A stretch of 63,187 nucleotides of DNA. Source: Carcharhinus longimanus (Eukaryota). Numbering within the stretch: the first letter of the stretch is position 1; each line of letters opens with the position of its first letter. The notes under the pieces were generated by a model. That model was not told the DNA's origin, searched no databases, and was given only the letters and a program-made list of their open reading frames with translations. This document shows positions 23,181 to 34,685 of the stretch, piece after piece. Made by a program: the position numbers and the translations under genes. Location: the NCBI GenBank assembly GCA_030264375.1, contig JASCQW010000132.1, positions 115,285,891-115,349,077 of the forward strand. The letters are read 5' to 3'.

Positions 23181-24267
23181 TAAAATCAAGTTGTTTCAGT
23201 GCAAGGGAAAATTTTGATTTCCACTCTTACTTATTTTAATACTTAATCTCTCACTCTGCCAGTCCACAACATAGCTGGGAAGATCTTGAAAATGTCCGCA
23301 GTGACAAAAAGNNNNNNNNNNACTACTTAAGAGAGCAGGGGCCAAAAGGTATGGCCTTGCCATACTTTTGTAATGTTCATTCCTATCTGGCACAGAAAGT
23401 TCAATAATTTATTTTGGGTGAAAGTGGGTTTGGCTTGACTTATATACAGATGTCATTCTGGGAGCAATATACATAAAGTGGCATCTTTGAAAACACACAA
23501 TATGTTTCTTAATCCGTTGCTGCTATATACCAAGCTGCAAACTCAGGTGTAAAAGACAGACGGATGACTAGATATTTCCATGTCCTTTTCTGTTCAATGG
23601 CCAGCTGGTATTCATGTATAACCCAAAATGGAATGCCGGCTGCTACACATTGGCAAGGCATGTCAATATGGTGCCGTGCCTATCAACCCAGCCAATATCA
23701 ACAACTCACCATCTGGGATAAACCCAAGTGTGAAAGTCAGTTGAGGCTGTGCTTTGAACCTGAATATCTCAGTCTCTGTTGCAGTGCATCAGTGTACTGT
23801 ACCAGGCAACAGTGGATCCTTGAAAAAGATGACAAGTTACCAAAAAATATTGTAGTCACCAGAGAACGCAACAATATCCAAATTATGCAAAGTTGTTTTG
23901 TTTAATATACAAAATTGCCATCTCGAAGCCACAATGAACACCACACAAGCTCTCAATGTTTGTGGCCAGTTGGCTACATTTAGAGCCTTCTGTAGTCCCA
24001 GCGATGCACAGAATCTTAGGAGATTTGTAGAAACTGACAAGTGATGGCAGATCCTGCTCAAATTGAGGAAATGAAGCCAGCCCCATATTACTGCAAGGCT
24101 GTCTCTTTATGTGAGAGCCAAAACTCTTCGAAGAAACAAATGCATTTTCATCCATCCAGTTATTTCAACTACAGTGCATCAACAGACTTCCAACAACCTA
24201 ATATTAAAATGTCTCGGCAACAGTAGAGTATCCCCATGATTATTTTCCAGCTGAGGAATACTCAGCT

Positions 24268-24405
24268 TGGCAGAATCCCTGTTGTGTCACAGGGGCAATC
24301 GAGCGGGGAAATTCCTCCAGCATAAAAGCCGTTTTGGGTCTCCCACTCGATTCTCCGCCCCCAACACCATTCTCACTCGCTGAAAACGGGGACGAAAATC
24401 CCCCT
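24268..24405. mobile_element. Small CpG-rich MITE-like insert
   Basis: ggcagaatc...aaaatcccc termini, CpG-rich against a depleted background. Confidence 0.4.
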
Positions 24406-24409
24406 TAGG

Positions 24410-24770
24410 TCTGGAAGTAGAAGAAGTATAGATAAGAGGACTGAATTAAGTAATTTATTTTCCAGCTCAAAAATTACAAGTGTTTTTTGATAGAGTAGAT
24501 AGGGAGAAACTGTTTTCACTGGCAGGAGAGGAGGGTTGGTAACCAGAGGATACAGCTTTTAAGATAATTGGCAAAAGTCCAGAGGGGAAATGAGAAAAAC
24601 AATTATGCAGCAAGTTGTTACAATTCCAAATGCATTGCCTGAAAGGGTGATGGAAACATATTCAGTAATAGCTTTCAAAAGAGAATTAGATAATTACACA
24701 GATGGGAAAAATTTGTAGGGTAATGGGGGAAAAAACAGGGAGTGGGTCTAATTGGATTGCTTTTTCAAAG
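24410..24770 (+). mobile_element. CR1 3' fragment
   Basis: tttgatagagtagatagggagaaactgttt...aaccagaggatacag...gcattgcctgaaagggtgatggaa. Confidence 0.75.
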
Positions 24771-25582
24771 TGTCGTTTGATTCTATATAAAGCATTTAGT
24801 CTAGTGTATGCCACATTTGTGTATGCACTCTTAAATGTTAAGAGAAAAATTAATTACATTCAAAAATACAAAGTAATCGCATGATCTGAAATTTCCACAG
24901 CTCATGTTAAATCACACTTAAATGTCTGGATGAAACGTAATCATCCTACTAAATCAAGGTAGTGTATTTACAGAGACAAGCTGGTCGAGGACCAAGAAGA
25001 CTATCAGTCAATTTGACAAATATAAACTTGAAGTATTTCATGTAAATAGCATGTTTTCTAAAACTGGAAATCTTAGTTTAATTTCCATGAGCATTGAAAA
25101 ATACTAAATTTCTACTGCACAAAACTCAGGATAGATTATTTTCTTGAATTTGGCTGTTTTTTGCCTTCCAGGGCATGCATCAGCCATAGCTGCAAGAATA
25201 GGGCTGTTTTAATTATGCTCCAGAACTGCACTGAACTGGTTGCCAGCTGTCAGAAGGAAGCTTGTGGATGTATTCCCCAAATCCCCACGTGGTTCTCACC
25301 ACCAACATTTAATTTCATTAAAGACATTGTGGTTGTGCAGTGGAATCAGCCGAGTGACTAAAGGGCAGAGCCATCTCCAGATTCAGTTCAATCATCAACC
25401 AAAATCAAAGCTTTGTGCTTAAGAGACTCAAGCCAGAAGTCTACCATGGTGTCCACCATGGAATCGGAACGGGCAAGAGTCCGATAACGTAAACCTCCAT
25501 TGACCTTGGGCGGTAATTTCCGGTCTCGCTCAAGTTGCAGCTAATTGGTAGCACACAAGTAATAATGCATGTTTGCTAACTT

Positions 25583-25741
25583 TGATGTGGAGATGCCAGT
25601 GTTGGACTGGGTTAAACTCAGTAAGCAGTCTCACAACACCACTCACCTGATGAAGGGACAGTGCTCTGAAAGCTAGTGGCCTGTGCTATCAAATAAACTG
25701 TTGGACTTTAACCTGGTGTTGTGAGACTTCTTACTGTGTTT
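25583..25741 (+). mobile_element. Penelope-derived mini-element with inverted repeats
   Basis: 28-nt inverted arms at 25614-25641 and 25714-25741 (26/28 match). tgtttgctaa is duplicated at 25570-25579 and 25737-25746. Confidence 0.75.
25644..25678 (+). ncRNA. Minimal type I hammerhead ribozyme motif (imperfect stem II)
   Basis: cac-CTGATGA-agggacagtgctct-GAAA-gc-TA-gtg. Stem I is cac/gtg and stem III is the palindrome AGCT. Confidence 0.6.
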
Positions 25742-25833
25742 GCTAATTACCATACAGTACTCCAATTTTGTCCCACTGATAATTTCAAGAAAAAATGTAC
25801 CCTGAATTGTATTCTCAAATCCTTAAGCCGGCA

Positions 25834-26665
25834 AAGAATCATAGAAATGTTACAAAGCAGCAAGAGGCCAATCTGCCCATTGTGTCTGCATTGGCTTTCC
25901 ACATTTTCAATTCACTTAAAGCCATTCTCCTGCCATCTCCCTATAACCCTACATATTCTCCCTTTCTGGATATTTGTCTAATTCCTATTTGAATGCTTCA
26001 GTTGAATATGCCTCTGCCACATTCTCAAGGAGCACATTCCAGATCTTAACAGCATGCTCTGTGAAAGAAGATTTTCCTCATGTCACTTTTGCTTTTTTAT
26101 CGTGCCCTCTTGGTCTTGAGCCTTTCACAAATGGGGACAGTTTCTCACTATCTGTCCAGACCCCTCGTCATTTTAAATAATTCTATCAAATCTCTGTTCA
26201 GCTTTTTTTCAGGGAAAACGGTTTTCTAAATTATCCTATCAATCTACATAATTGAAGTTCCTCATCCCTGCAACAATTCTCATAAACCTCTTTTGCACTC
26301 TCTCCAATGCCTTCACATCCTTCCAAAAGTGCACCGCCCAAAACTGGCACAAAATTCCAGCTGAGACTGAACTAATGTCCTATGCAAGTTCATTATAACT
26401 TCCTTGCTCTTGTACTCGATGCCTCTATTACTAAAGTCTAGGACGCTGTCTGATTTATTAATAATGCTCTCAACCTGCACTGCCACCTTCAAGGACTTAT
26501 GCACACATACGCCCAGATGCCTTTCAGGTGAATACTCCAGCATTCCTTTTAGAATTGTGCCCTTCATTTAGTATCATCCCTCCATGATCTTCCTATCAAA
26601 ATAAATCGCTTCACATTTCTCTGTATTAGACTTCATCTGCCACTTGTCAGCCCATTTCACCAAAT
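25834..26665 (-). mobile_element. CR1 LINE 3' portion
   Basis: ORF 26313-26567 reads HLGVCVHKSLKVA...RGIEYKSKEVIMNLHRTLV. CR1 tail present. Confidence 0.9.
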
Positions 26666-26762
26666 CCTGCATGAAATCTTCCAGTGGGTTGAAAACTGAA
26701 TATCACATAACATTAAATCTTTGCTGCTTAGGATACAGAACCATATGTCATTTCATAAGATT

Positions 26763-27082
26763 TGTAATCCAGAGATCTCGGTCATAATCTGGAGGACAAG
26801 AGGTTAAATCCCAATGCAATTTCCCATGTAATTGGAAATTTAAATTTAATTAATTAAACTAAGTTAAAATTCTGGAACCAATGACTACCAGATTGCTGTC
26901 AAAACCCAACGACTTTACTCATGTCCTTTAGGGGAGGAAATCTGCCATTTTTAGCTGGTCTGGCCTATTTCAGTTCAGATCTACAGGAATGTCATTGAGT
27001 CTTAACTGCCTTTTGAAATGGCCTTATAAGCCAATGATATTGAAGAAGGCAGCTCATCTCCACTACCTCAAAGGCAATAAAA
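26763..27082 (+). mobile_element. tRNA-like-headed SINE with RTE-X-type tail
   Basis: gtaatccagag...ggttaaatccc...tcctttaggggaggaaatctgcc...aagaaggcagctca..ggcaataaa. Confidence 0.6.
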
Positions 27083-27282
27083 ATTGTGCATCAACATCTT
27101 TATAATTCTTCAAATTGGCTGTTTAGGTGGAAAAGGAAGTATAAGGAAGTATAAAGTCTATTGTACAATAGATTTTAACATCCTTTTGGGGTACGGTGGG
27201 AAGACTGCACTGGTAAATCATGTCAGAATGACTGTCGGAAAAATAGATCTTGTTACTAAAATATGGGCACCATTGTTTGCAC

Positions 27283-27470
27283 CATCTACAAATTTTGAAA
27301 TTGTGCCACGTACATCAAGGTCTTGGTCATTAAGATATATCAGGAAAAGTAAGGTTCTGACACTAATCCCTGCAGAACTCCAATACAAACCTTCTCCAAT
27401 CCAAGAAGCATTTATTAACACCGCTGTGCTTCCTGTCACTCAGCCAATTCCATATCCACTTTGCTACTGT
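27283..27470 (-). mobile_element. CR1 RT fragment
   Basis: LLFLIYLNDQDLDVRGTISKFVD. Confidence 0.75.
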
Positions 27471-27477
27471 CTTTTGA

Positions 27478-27551
27478 GTTTAAGTATTAGTGTCACAAGT
27501 AGGTTTACATTAACGCTGCAATGAAGTTACTGTGAAAATTCCCTAGTTGCC
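27478..27551 (-). mobile_element. 5'-truncated V-SINE Rex1-like tail
   Basis: attagtgtcacaagtaggtttacattaacgctgcaatgaagttactgtgaaaat. Confidence 0.75.
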
Positions 27552-27754
27552 TAGTCTCTGCCAGACCCTCCCATTTGTCAATTTCCTGCTGAACTCTTCC
27601 ATTTGCCATTTCTCTGCCTCGCATGCTATCTTGGAACCTCTGCTTTACTATCTGCAACTGCCTGTCTGCCCTGTTTCTTGATCAGTTCCATTGCCCACTT
27701 GTCCGTAGGGACTACGATGTAAAGGTTGGCTTGTCCACTTGAGAGTCAGAGCTG

Positions 27755-27887
27755 GTCTGACAAGAAGTCATCTGAACTCGAAACATTGGCTCCATTCTAT
27801 CCACAAATGCTGTCGGACCTGCTGAGATTTTCCAGCATTTTCTGTTTTTGTTTCAGATTCCAATATCTGCAGTAATTTGCTTTTATA
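27755..27887 (+). mobile_element. Penelope pLTR with decayed hammerhead core
   Basis: ctgacaagaagtcatctgaactcGAAAcatt...atgctgtcggacctgctgagattttccagcatttt. Confidence 0.7.
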
Positions 27888-27904
27888 ACTTATGATTGCA
27901 TCTG

Positions 27905-28590
27905 GCTCACCTCTCCCCTCACTCAGAGACATTGCTTGATGCCCTCATGAGAACCACACACTGTGACCACATTGTTGTGGTGCAGAGTGGGTCAGTAATT
28001 CTTTTCCTACATTGGAGCCAGGTGCACCTGTGAGCCCCATTGCTGCTAACCTCTGCAGCAATCTCTGTCCAGGCTTCCATAGTCAGACAGGACGGTTTCC
28101 TGATGCTGTGAGTGGGGAGGAATACTTGCCAATATTCCCAGACAGCTTGCAGGAGAACCTGGAGGAAGGAATCTCTGGATTGTGGGTCCATGTGTTGTCT
28201 ACACTGAGCCATGTTCAGCTTCATACTGGAAGCTAACTGCGTTGAATGTAACCCAGGCCACAGATAAAGACAGTTTCTGAGGATTGTATAGAGGATCCTG
28301 TGGCTCAGTAGCAGACTTTGCAGGGCAAATGTTACTGGCTTGAAGATAATGCGTAAATATCCAGTTGCTGTTTAAATGTGGTGCTCGGGCCACCGACCCA
28401 GCTGTCCGATGGAGAGTTTGCCAACTCCCTGCCCATTCCCACCACACAATTGGCCAGGCTCCACACCTCTACATATCTAATTGGTTAGTCATTGTATAGT
28501 CGCATGTGGTCAGCCTTTCCTGACGCAAGCAGAAGTTCTGCCCATTTCTGGGCCTGCTGGTAAGCCCCAAATCTCATGCATTAAATTCCA
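27905..28590 (-). mobile_element. PIF/Harbinger remnant encoding a Myb/SANT-like domain
   Basis: ORF 27919-28224 reads DSFLQVLLQAV...AWTEIAAEVSS...WLQCRKRITD. Confidence 0.7.
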
Positions 28591-29282
28591 CTAACTGTTT
28601 CCACTTACTTAAATGCTGCCACGGTGTCAAGATACTCGAGGAGTCTGCATCTATGGAACTTTGCCCTCATAAGAATCATGCCTTCAAGTGAAAATTAATG
28701 GTAAATTCATCATTTATGCTCAGACCATCATACCACTTCCTGATTCTCCTCTGTTGTGGATTCTCTGTACTAACTTTAATATTGCACTTTTAATCTATTT
28801 TTTTCCTTAATATGTTTTGCTTTTGTTCTCTAGCTTCACATTTTCAATTATATTTTAGCTACCTTTCATGTCATGACCTGGCTTCACCTATCAGGTGAAA
28901 GCTGTTCTTTTGCACAGGTTTTGGGTTATGTGCCATTTCTATCTAATCATTTGTTCATTGCTGAACACTCCCGTCTCTATTTTCCTAATTATAATACTAT
29001 ATTCCATTATTATTGTCAGTTTTTCTTTGTGTGTTAGGTTATTCGCCCCAATTTTCTGCACAGACTCTCTACTGGCAGCGTTCAGTGTTGACAGGCCTGC
29101 TCTGAGAAGCTTGAGTATATATAGGCCAATGAAGTAAATCAGTGTTAACTGAAAAGGGCAGATACCTGTAATGGTCATTTATCATCAGAAAAAGCCAAAG
29201 AATAAAATTACTCATACATGTTGAGAAAATATATGAATACTGATCAACATGTTTAAAACATTTGAAATATCTATTTTTTAAA

Positions 29283-29420
29283 AAAGATTTGCATTTCTGT
29301 GGCGTCTTTCACAACTTGCAGATGTCCCAAAGCACTTGACAACCTATAATAATGTGTGAGGTATAGTTAGTGATATATTCTAAGAAGCACAGCACCAATT
29401 TGTGAGCAACCAATTCTCAA
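29283..29420 (-). mobile_element. DeuSINE/L2-type tail fragment
   Basis: atttgcatttctgtggcgtctttcacaac...gatgtcccaaagcactt. Confidence 0.6.
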
Positions 29421-29434
29421 AAATAATGAAGGGG

Positions 29435-30590
29435 AATGGTAGTGACATAGTGCTAATGTCATTGGACTAGTAATCTAGAGGCAGCTGGTGGAATTTAACT
29501 TCCATGAATAAATCTGTAATTGAAAAGTTAGTCCCAGTAATGATGATCATGAAGCATTGTCAATTGTGCAACAATCCATCTGATTTACCAATGTCCTTTT
29601 GGGAGAGGAAGCAGTCATACTTGCTTGGTCTGGACTACATGTGACTCAAAACCCACAGCAATGTGGTTAACTCTAAACTGCCCTCTGAAATGGCCCAGCA
29701 AGTGACTGAGTTGTATCAAACAACCACAAAGTCTGAAAACAACAAAACATGACAAACCACCTGGTATCAACCAAGGCTTATGAAATTACAACGGCAAACC
29801 CTGTTGATCCTACAAAGTCTTTCTTGCTAATATCTGGGGGCTTGCGCCAAAATTTGGAAAGCTGTCTTAGAGACTCGTCAAGCAACAGCTTGAAATAGTC
29901 ATACTCATGGAATCATGACGGAATCATGCCTTACAGACAATGGGCCTGATGTTACCATTGTGGGTGCAAAAACTTGATAAAATCAGGCATGAGGTGATTA
30001 GCGCGATTTGTGCCCACGCAGATGCCCACTTTACCAAGACCCGAAAATGGCCACGATCCGAGCTGCGCCCGAAACAGGAGCAGCAGTGATTTAAATGCAT
30101 TTGTATGCACTTAAATTGAATTAATAGGCTGCCCGCCCAACTTAACCAGCATTTCCCCCTTTACCATTGCGTTTGCCCATCTAGATTCGGCGCGAAACAG
30201 ACATGCTCGCAAAGGTCTGTTTCGGGCGCTGCAGCTTTTGAAGAGGTAAGTTCAGAGCTTCCAACAGCTCTCTGATTCAGACCAGTGGTGGGGGGAGGAG
30301 AGAGGGAAGCCTGATCATTCTCTGGTGGTGTTGGGGAAGGAGGAGGCCAGATGGTTCCCCGGTGGGGGCAAGCAGGATGGAGGCGGAGGAGGAGGGCTAG
30401 AGCCCAATGTCTCAGATGTCACTATTGAAGGATAGACTCACTAGAAATGGCAATACAGTGGTATACAGTGGGGAGGAAGTTGCTCTGGGAGTCAACAACA
30501 TAGACTCCGGATCCCATGAAATTTCGTGGCATTGGATAAAACATGGAAAAGGAAACCTTCTGCTAATTGCAACTCACCCATTACATCTCA
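29435..30590 (+). mobile_element. RTE-X-like LINE 5' part: tRNA-like head plus APE endonuclease, interrupted at 29942-30405
   Basis: LANIWGLAPKFGKLS*RLVKQQLEIVILMES, then DRLTRNGNTVVYS...EISWHWIKHGKGNLLL. Confidence 0.7.
29942..30405. mobile_element. Non-autonomous Harbinger-like insertion
   Basis: GGGC...GCCC termini with a 3-bp aat duplication (29939-41 and 30406-08). The host LINE resumes afterwards. Confidence 0.6.
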
Positions 30591-30595
30591 GCTTA

Positions 30596-30893
30596 TCATA
30601 GAATCTACAGTGCAAAAGGCAGCCATTTCGCCCATCAAGTCTGCACTGACCACAATCCCAATCAAGCCCTATCCCCATAACCCCCATGCAGTTAACTTAG
30701 CTAATCCCCCTGACACTAAGGAGCAATTTAGCATTGCCAATCCACCTAACCCGCACATCTTTGGACTGTAGGAGGAAACTGGAGCACCCAGAGGAAACCC
30801 ACACAGACACGGGGAGAACATGCAAACTCCACATAGACAGTGACCCGAGGCTGGAATTGAACCTGGGTCCTGGTGCTAATCACTGTGCCACCC
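30596..30893 (-). mobile_element. HE1/V-SINE with CR1-type tail
   Basis: V-core and tcatagaatc tail. Confidence 0.9.
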
Positions 30894-30894
30894 A

Positions 30895-31192
30895 TATTTT
30901 GTGGACTGGACATACCTGTGTAATTTTCCATATTGCTGAGTAGACAGTGTTGTTGCTAAACTGAAACAGCTTGGCTAGAGGCATGACTAGTTCTGGAGCA
31001 CAAGTCTTTAGTGTTATTGCTGGAATGCTACCAGGGTCCATAGCCTTTTCAGTATACAATCAGCCATTTCCTGATGTCATGTGGAGTGAATTGATTTGGT
31101 TGAATACTGGCATCTGTGATGCTGGGATCTCAGAAGGAGGCTGCAATGGATCATCCATCAAGCATTTCTAGTTGAAGATTGTTGTAAATGAC
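30895..31192 (-). mobile_element. RTE-X-like internal fragment (inverted)
   Basis: Reverse-complement similarity to 60770-61050. Confidence 0.6.
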
Positions 31193-31359
31193 TTGGCCAG
31201 GACTTCCAGTTTCCATTCATGTTGGGGGGTTCAACAATGGGAGCAGAACGTATCATGAGAACTGCAAAGCTATGTTTTACATCATCCTGAATGTGTGATA
31301 TGATTGTCCCCTTCACCGCCCCATCAGTGATGGGACACATTTCCCAGTCTATCAACAGT

Positions 31360-31680
31360 CTAGAAACTCAACACCATCCACGACAAAGCAGCATGCTTGT
31401 TTGAAGAACAAGGGTAGCAGATGCATGAGAACACCCTCACTTGGAAGTTTGCCTCCAAGCCACACACTATCCTTACTTGGAAATATATCACCATTCCTTC
31501 ACTGTCTTTAGATAAGAAATCCTAGAACTCCTTTACAAACAGCATTGTGGGTGTGCCTACATCAGGTGGACTGCAGCGGTTCATGAAGTTGGCTGACCCT
31601 TGCCTTCTCAAAGGCAATTAGGGGTGGGTGATAAATTCTGGCCTAGCCAATAAAGCTCACACCCCACGAAGAAAACAAAA
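31360..31680 (+). mobile_element. RTE-X-like 3' end
   Basis: ggactgcagcggttca...aaggcaattagggg...ataaattctggcctagcc. Confidence 0.7.
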
Positions 31681-31684
31681 CAGC

Positions 31685-31960
31685 TAATGCATGTTTTGTG
31701 AAGTTGTTTGAGAGATTAATATTGGCCACAACTTCTAGAGAACTCCCTGCCCTTTAACTCGTGTAATGGGATTTTTCATGTCCCTCTGAGAGGGCAGACA
31801 AGGCCTCATTTTAATGTCTCATCTGACAGACTGCGTGTCTGACAATTTGGCGGTCCCTTAGAATTGAACTGAAATAGCAGTCCATATTTTTGTTCAAGTT
31901 TCTGTTGTGAAACTTGTTCTGACTCATGAAGCAAGACTGCAACCACTGATCTACAGCTGA
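31685..31960 (-). mobile_element. DeuSINE-like element
   Basis: taatattggcca...tgggatttttcatgtcc.tctgagagggcagac..ggcctc.ttttaatgtctcatctga. Confidence 0.6.
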
Positions 31961-32305
31961 CTTTTTAATATCTTGTTTATAACGCATATATGTAAAACCC
32001 ACAGTAGAATACTAATTCAAACTAGCAGTTTCACAACATCAGAAACCATGAGAGCAAGCTTTCAGTAAATGATTGTCAATCCAACCCTCTTCGTTAAAAA
32101 GGGCTCAATAGCAACATGGACTCGTCCTTTGCGTAATGAAATCTAATTGCTTTTGCATGTTGAAATGTTAACAAATGCACTGAGCACAGTGGAAACAATG
32201 TCTAAAATGGAGCTGGGTAATAATCTTGTAGGAACTGGGTTCATTTTGTTTGGTGTGTTTGGTAGAAAATGAACCAAGTAAAATGGTTTCGACCAGTGTG
32301 TTACT

Positions 32306-33495
32306 TCATAGAGTCATACAATGCAGAAATGGCCCTTTAGCCCATCGAGTCTACACTGACGATATCTACCACGAAAGTCACACTAATTCCATTTTCCTGC
32401 ATTTGTTCCAAATCCTTGAATGTTAGGATATTTCAAGTGCTCATCCAAATATTTTTTAAGAGGTTGTAAGGTTTCCAACCTTGACTACCTTCCCAGGTAG
32501 TACATTCCAGGTTCCAGCTCTGAGTGAGAAAGTATTTTCTCAAATCTTCTCTGAATCACTAGCCCCTTACCCTAAAACTATGCCCCCTCGTGACTGACCC
32601 CTCGACCAAGCTGCTCCCTATTCACCCTGTTCATTCCCCTCATAACGTTACACACCTCAATCATGTCCCCCTAGCCTTCTCTGCTCTAAAGAAAACAATC
32701 CAAGCCTATCTTGCCTCAAATGCTTATAGCCCAAATGCTCCATCTCGGGCAATAACCTAGTGAACTTCCTTTGTACTTCCTCTAGTGCTATCACATCCTT
32801 CCTGTAGTGAGGTGACCGGAACTGCATATAGTATTCCAGCCGTGGCCCAATCAACATCCTGTACAACTCCAACATTATCTCCTTGCTCCTGTACTCTATA
32901 CCACAGCTGATGAAAGTCACATGCCTTCTTAACTATCCTAATCACATGCTGTGCTGTGAATACTTACCCCAAGATTCATCTGTTACTCTGAGCTTCTCAG
33001 TGTCCTGCCATTCATTAAGTACTCTTTCATCTCATCTCTTCTTACAAAGTGCATCACCTCGCACTTATCAGGGTTAAATATCATCTGCCATTGCTCTGCC
33101 TATCTGACCAAACCATCTGTATCTTCCTGTTACCTACAACCATCTTCATGATTAACTACTGTACCAATCTTGGTGACATCTGCACACTTGCTTGTCATTC
33201 CCCTCACATTTTCATCTATATCAATTATGTATATATCAAACAATAAGGGTCCCAGTACTAGACCTTATGGTACAATGCTGAACAGCCTTCTACCACAACC
33301 CTTTCATTCTATTACTAAAACAGTTTCTGATCCATCTCATCAAATTTCCTTGAATTCCATGTTCTTTAACCCTCTCAATCATTCTTCCACGTCAGAAGTG
33401 TTGCTAAAATCCATATAAACTATACCGACTGAACTTCTCTCATCCACACACTTGGTCACTTTTCAAAAAATTCCAACAAATTTATTAGGCATGAC
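32306..33495 (-). mobile_element. CR1 LINE RT and 3' end
   Basis: ORF 32657-32920 reads GIEYRSKEIMLELYRML...LGLFSLEQRRLGG. Confidence 0.9.
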
Positions 33496-34617
33496 ATTAC
33501 TGTGTTTATACTATTATTCATGTGTGAGTTTCCCAAAAGCTCAGTACATTTAGGCAATCTCTGGTATCATCCTGACCTATGAAGTCATAGAAGGTCCCTG
33601 GATGGATTCCTTGTCTGTACTGTTAACTTACTTTGGCCAAAACTGCAGATNNNNNNNNNNNNNNNNNNNNNNNNNNNNNNNNNNNNNNNNNNNNNNNNNN
33701 NNNNNNNNNNNNNNNNNNNNNNNNNNNNNNNNNNNNNNNNNNNNNNNNNNNNNNNNNNNNNNNNNNNNNNNNNNNNNNNNNNNNNNNNNNNNNNNNNNNN
33801 NNNNNNNNNNNNNNNNNNNNNNNNNNNNNNNNNNNNNNNNNNNNNNNNNNNNNNNNNNNNNNNNNNNNNNNNNNNNNNNNNNNNNNNNNNNNNNNNNNNN
33901 NNNNNNNNNNNNNNNNNNNNNNNNNNNNNNNNNNNNNNNNNNNNNNNNNNNNNNNNNNNNNNNNNNNNNNNNNNNNNNNNNNNNNNNNNNNNNNNNNNNN
34001 NNNNNNNNNNNNNNNNNNNNNNNNNNNNNNNNNNNNNNNNNNNNNNNNNNNNNNNNNNNNNNNNNNNNNNNNNNNNNNNNNNNNNNNNNNNNNNNNNNNN
34101 NNNNNNNNNNNNNNNNNNNNNNNNNNNNNNNNNNNNNNNNNNNNNNNNNNNNNNNNNNNNNNNNNNNNNNNNNNNNNNNNNNNNNNNNNNNNNNNNNNNN
34201 NNNNNNNNNNNNNNNNNNNNNNNNNNNNNNNNNNNNNNNNNNNNNNNNNNNNNNNNNNNNNNNNNNNNNNNNNNNNNNNNNNNNNNNNNNNNNNNNNNNN
34301 NNNNNNNNNNNNNNNNNNNNNNNNNNNNNNNNNNNNNNNNNNNNNNNNNNNNNNNNNNNNNNNNNNNNNNNNNNNNNNNNNNNNNNNNNNNNNNNNNNNN
34401 NNNNNNNNNNNNNNNNNNNNNNNNNNNNNNNNNNNNNNNNNNNNNNNNNNNNNNNNNNNNNNNNNNNNNNNNNNNNNNNNNNNNNNNNNNNNNNNNNNNN
34501 NNNNNNNNNNNNNNNNNNNNNNNNNNNNNNNNNNNNNNNNNNNNNNNNNNNNNNNNNNNNNNNNNNNNNNNNNNNNNNNNNNNNNNNNNNNNNNNNNNNN
34601 NNNNNNNNNNNNNNNNN

Positions 34618-34685
34618 GAGGTGGTCCACTTTGGTAGGAAGAATGGTAGGAAGAACTAGTACTTACGTGGCGAAAAACTGCAGAT
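34618..34685 (+). mobile_element. CR1 RT fragment emerging from a gap
   Basis: EVVHFGRKN...YLRGEKLQ. Confidence 0.6.
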
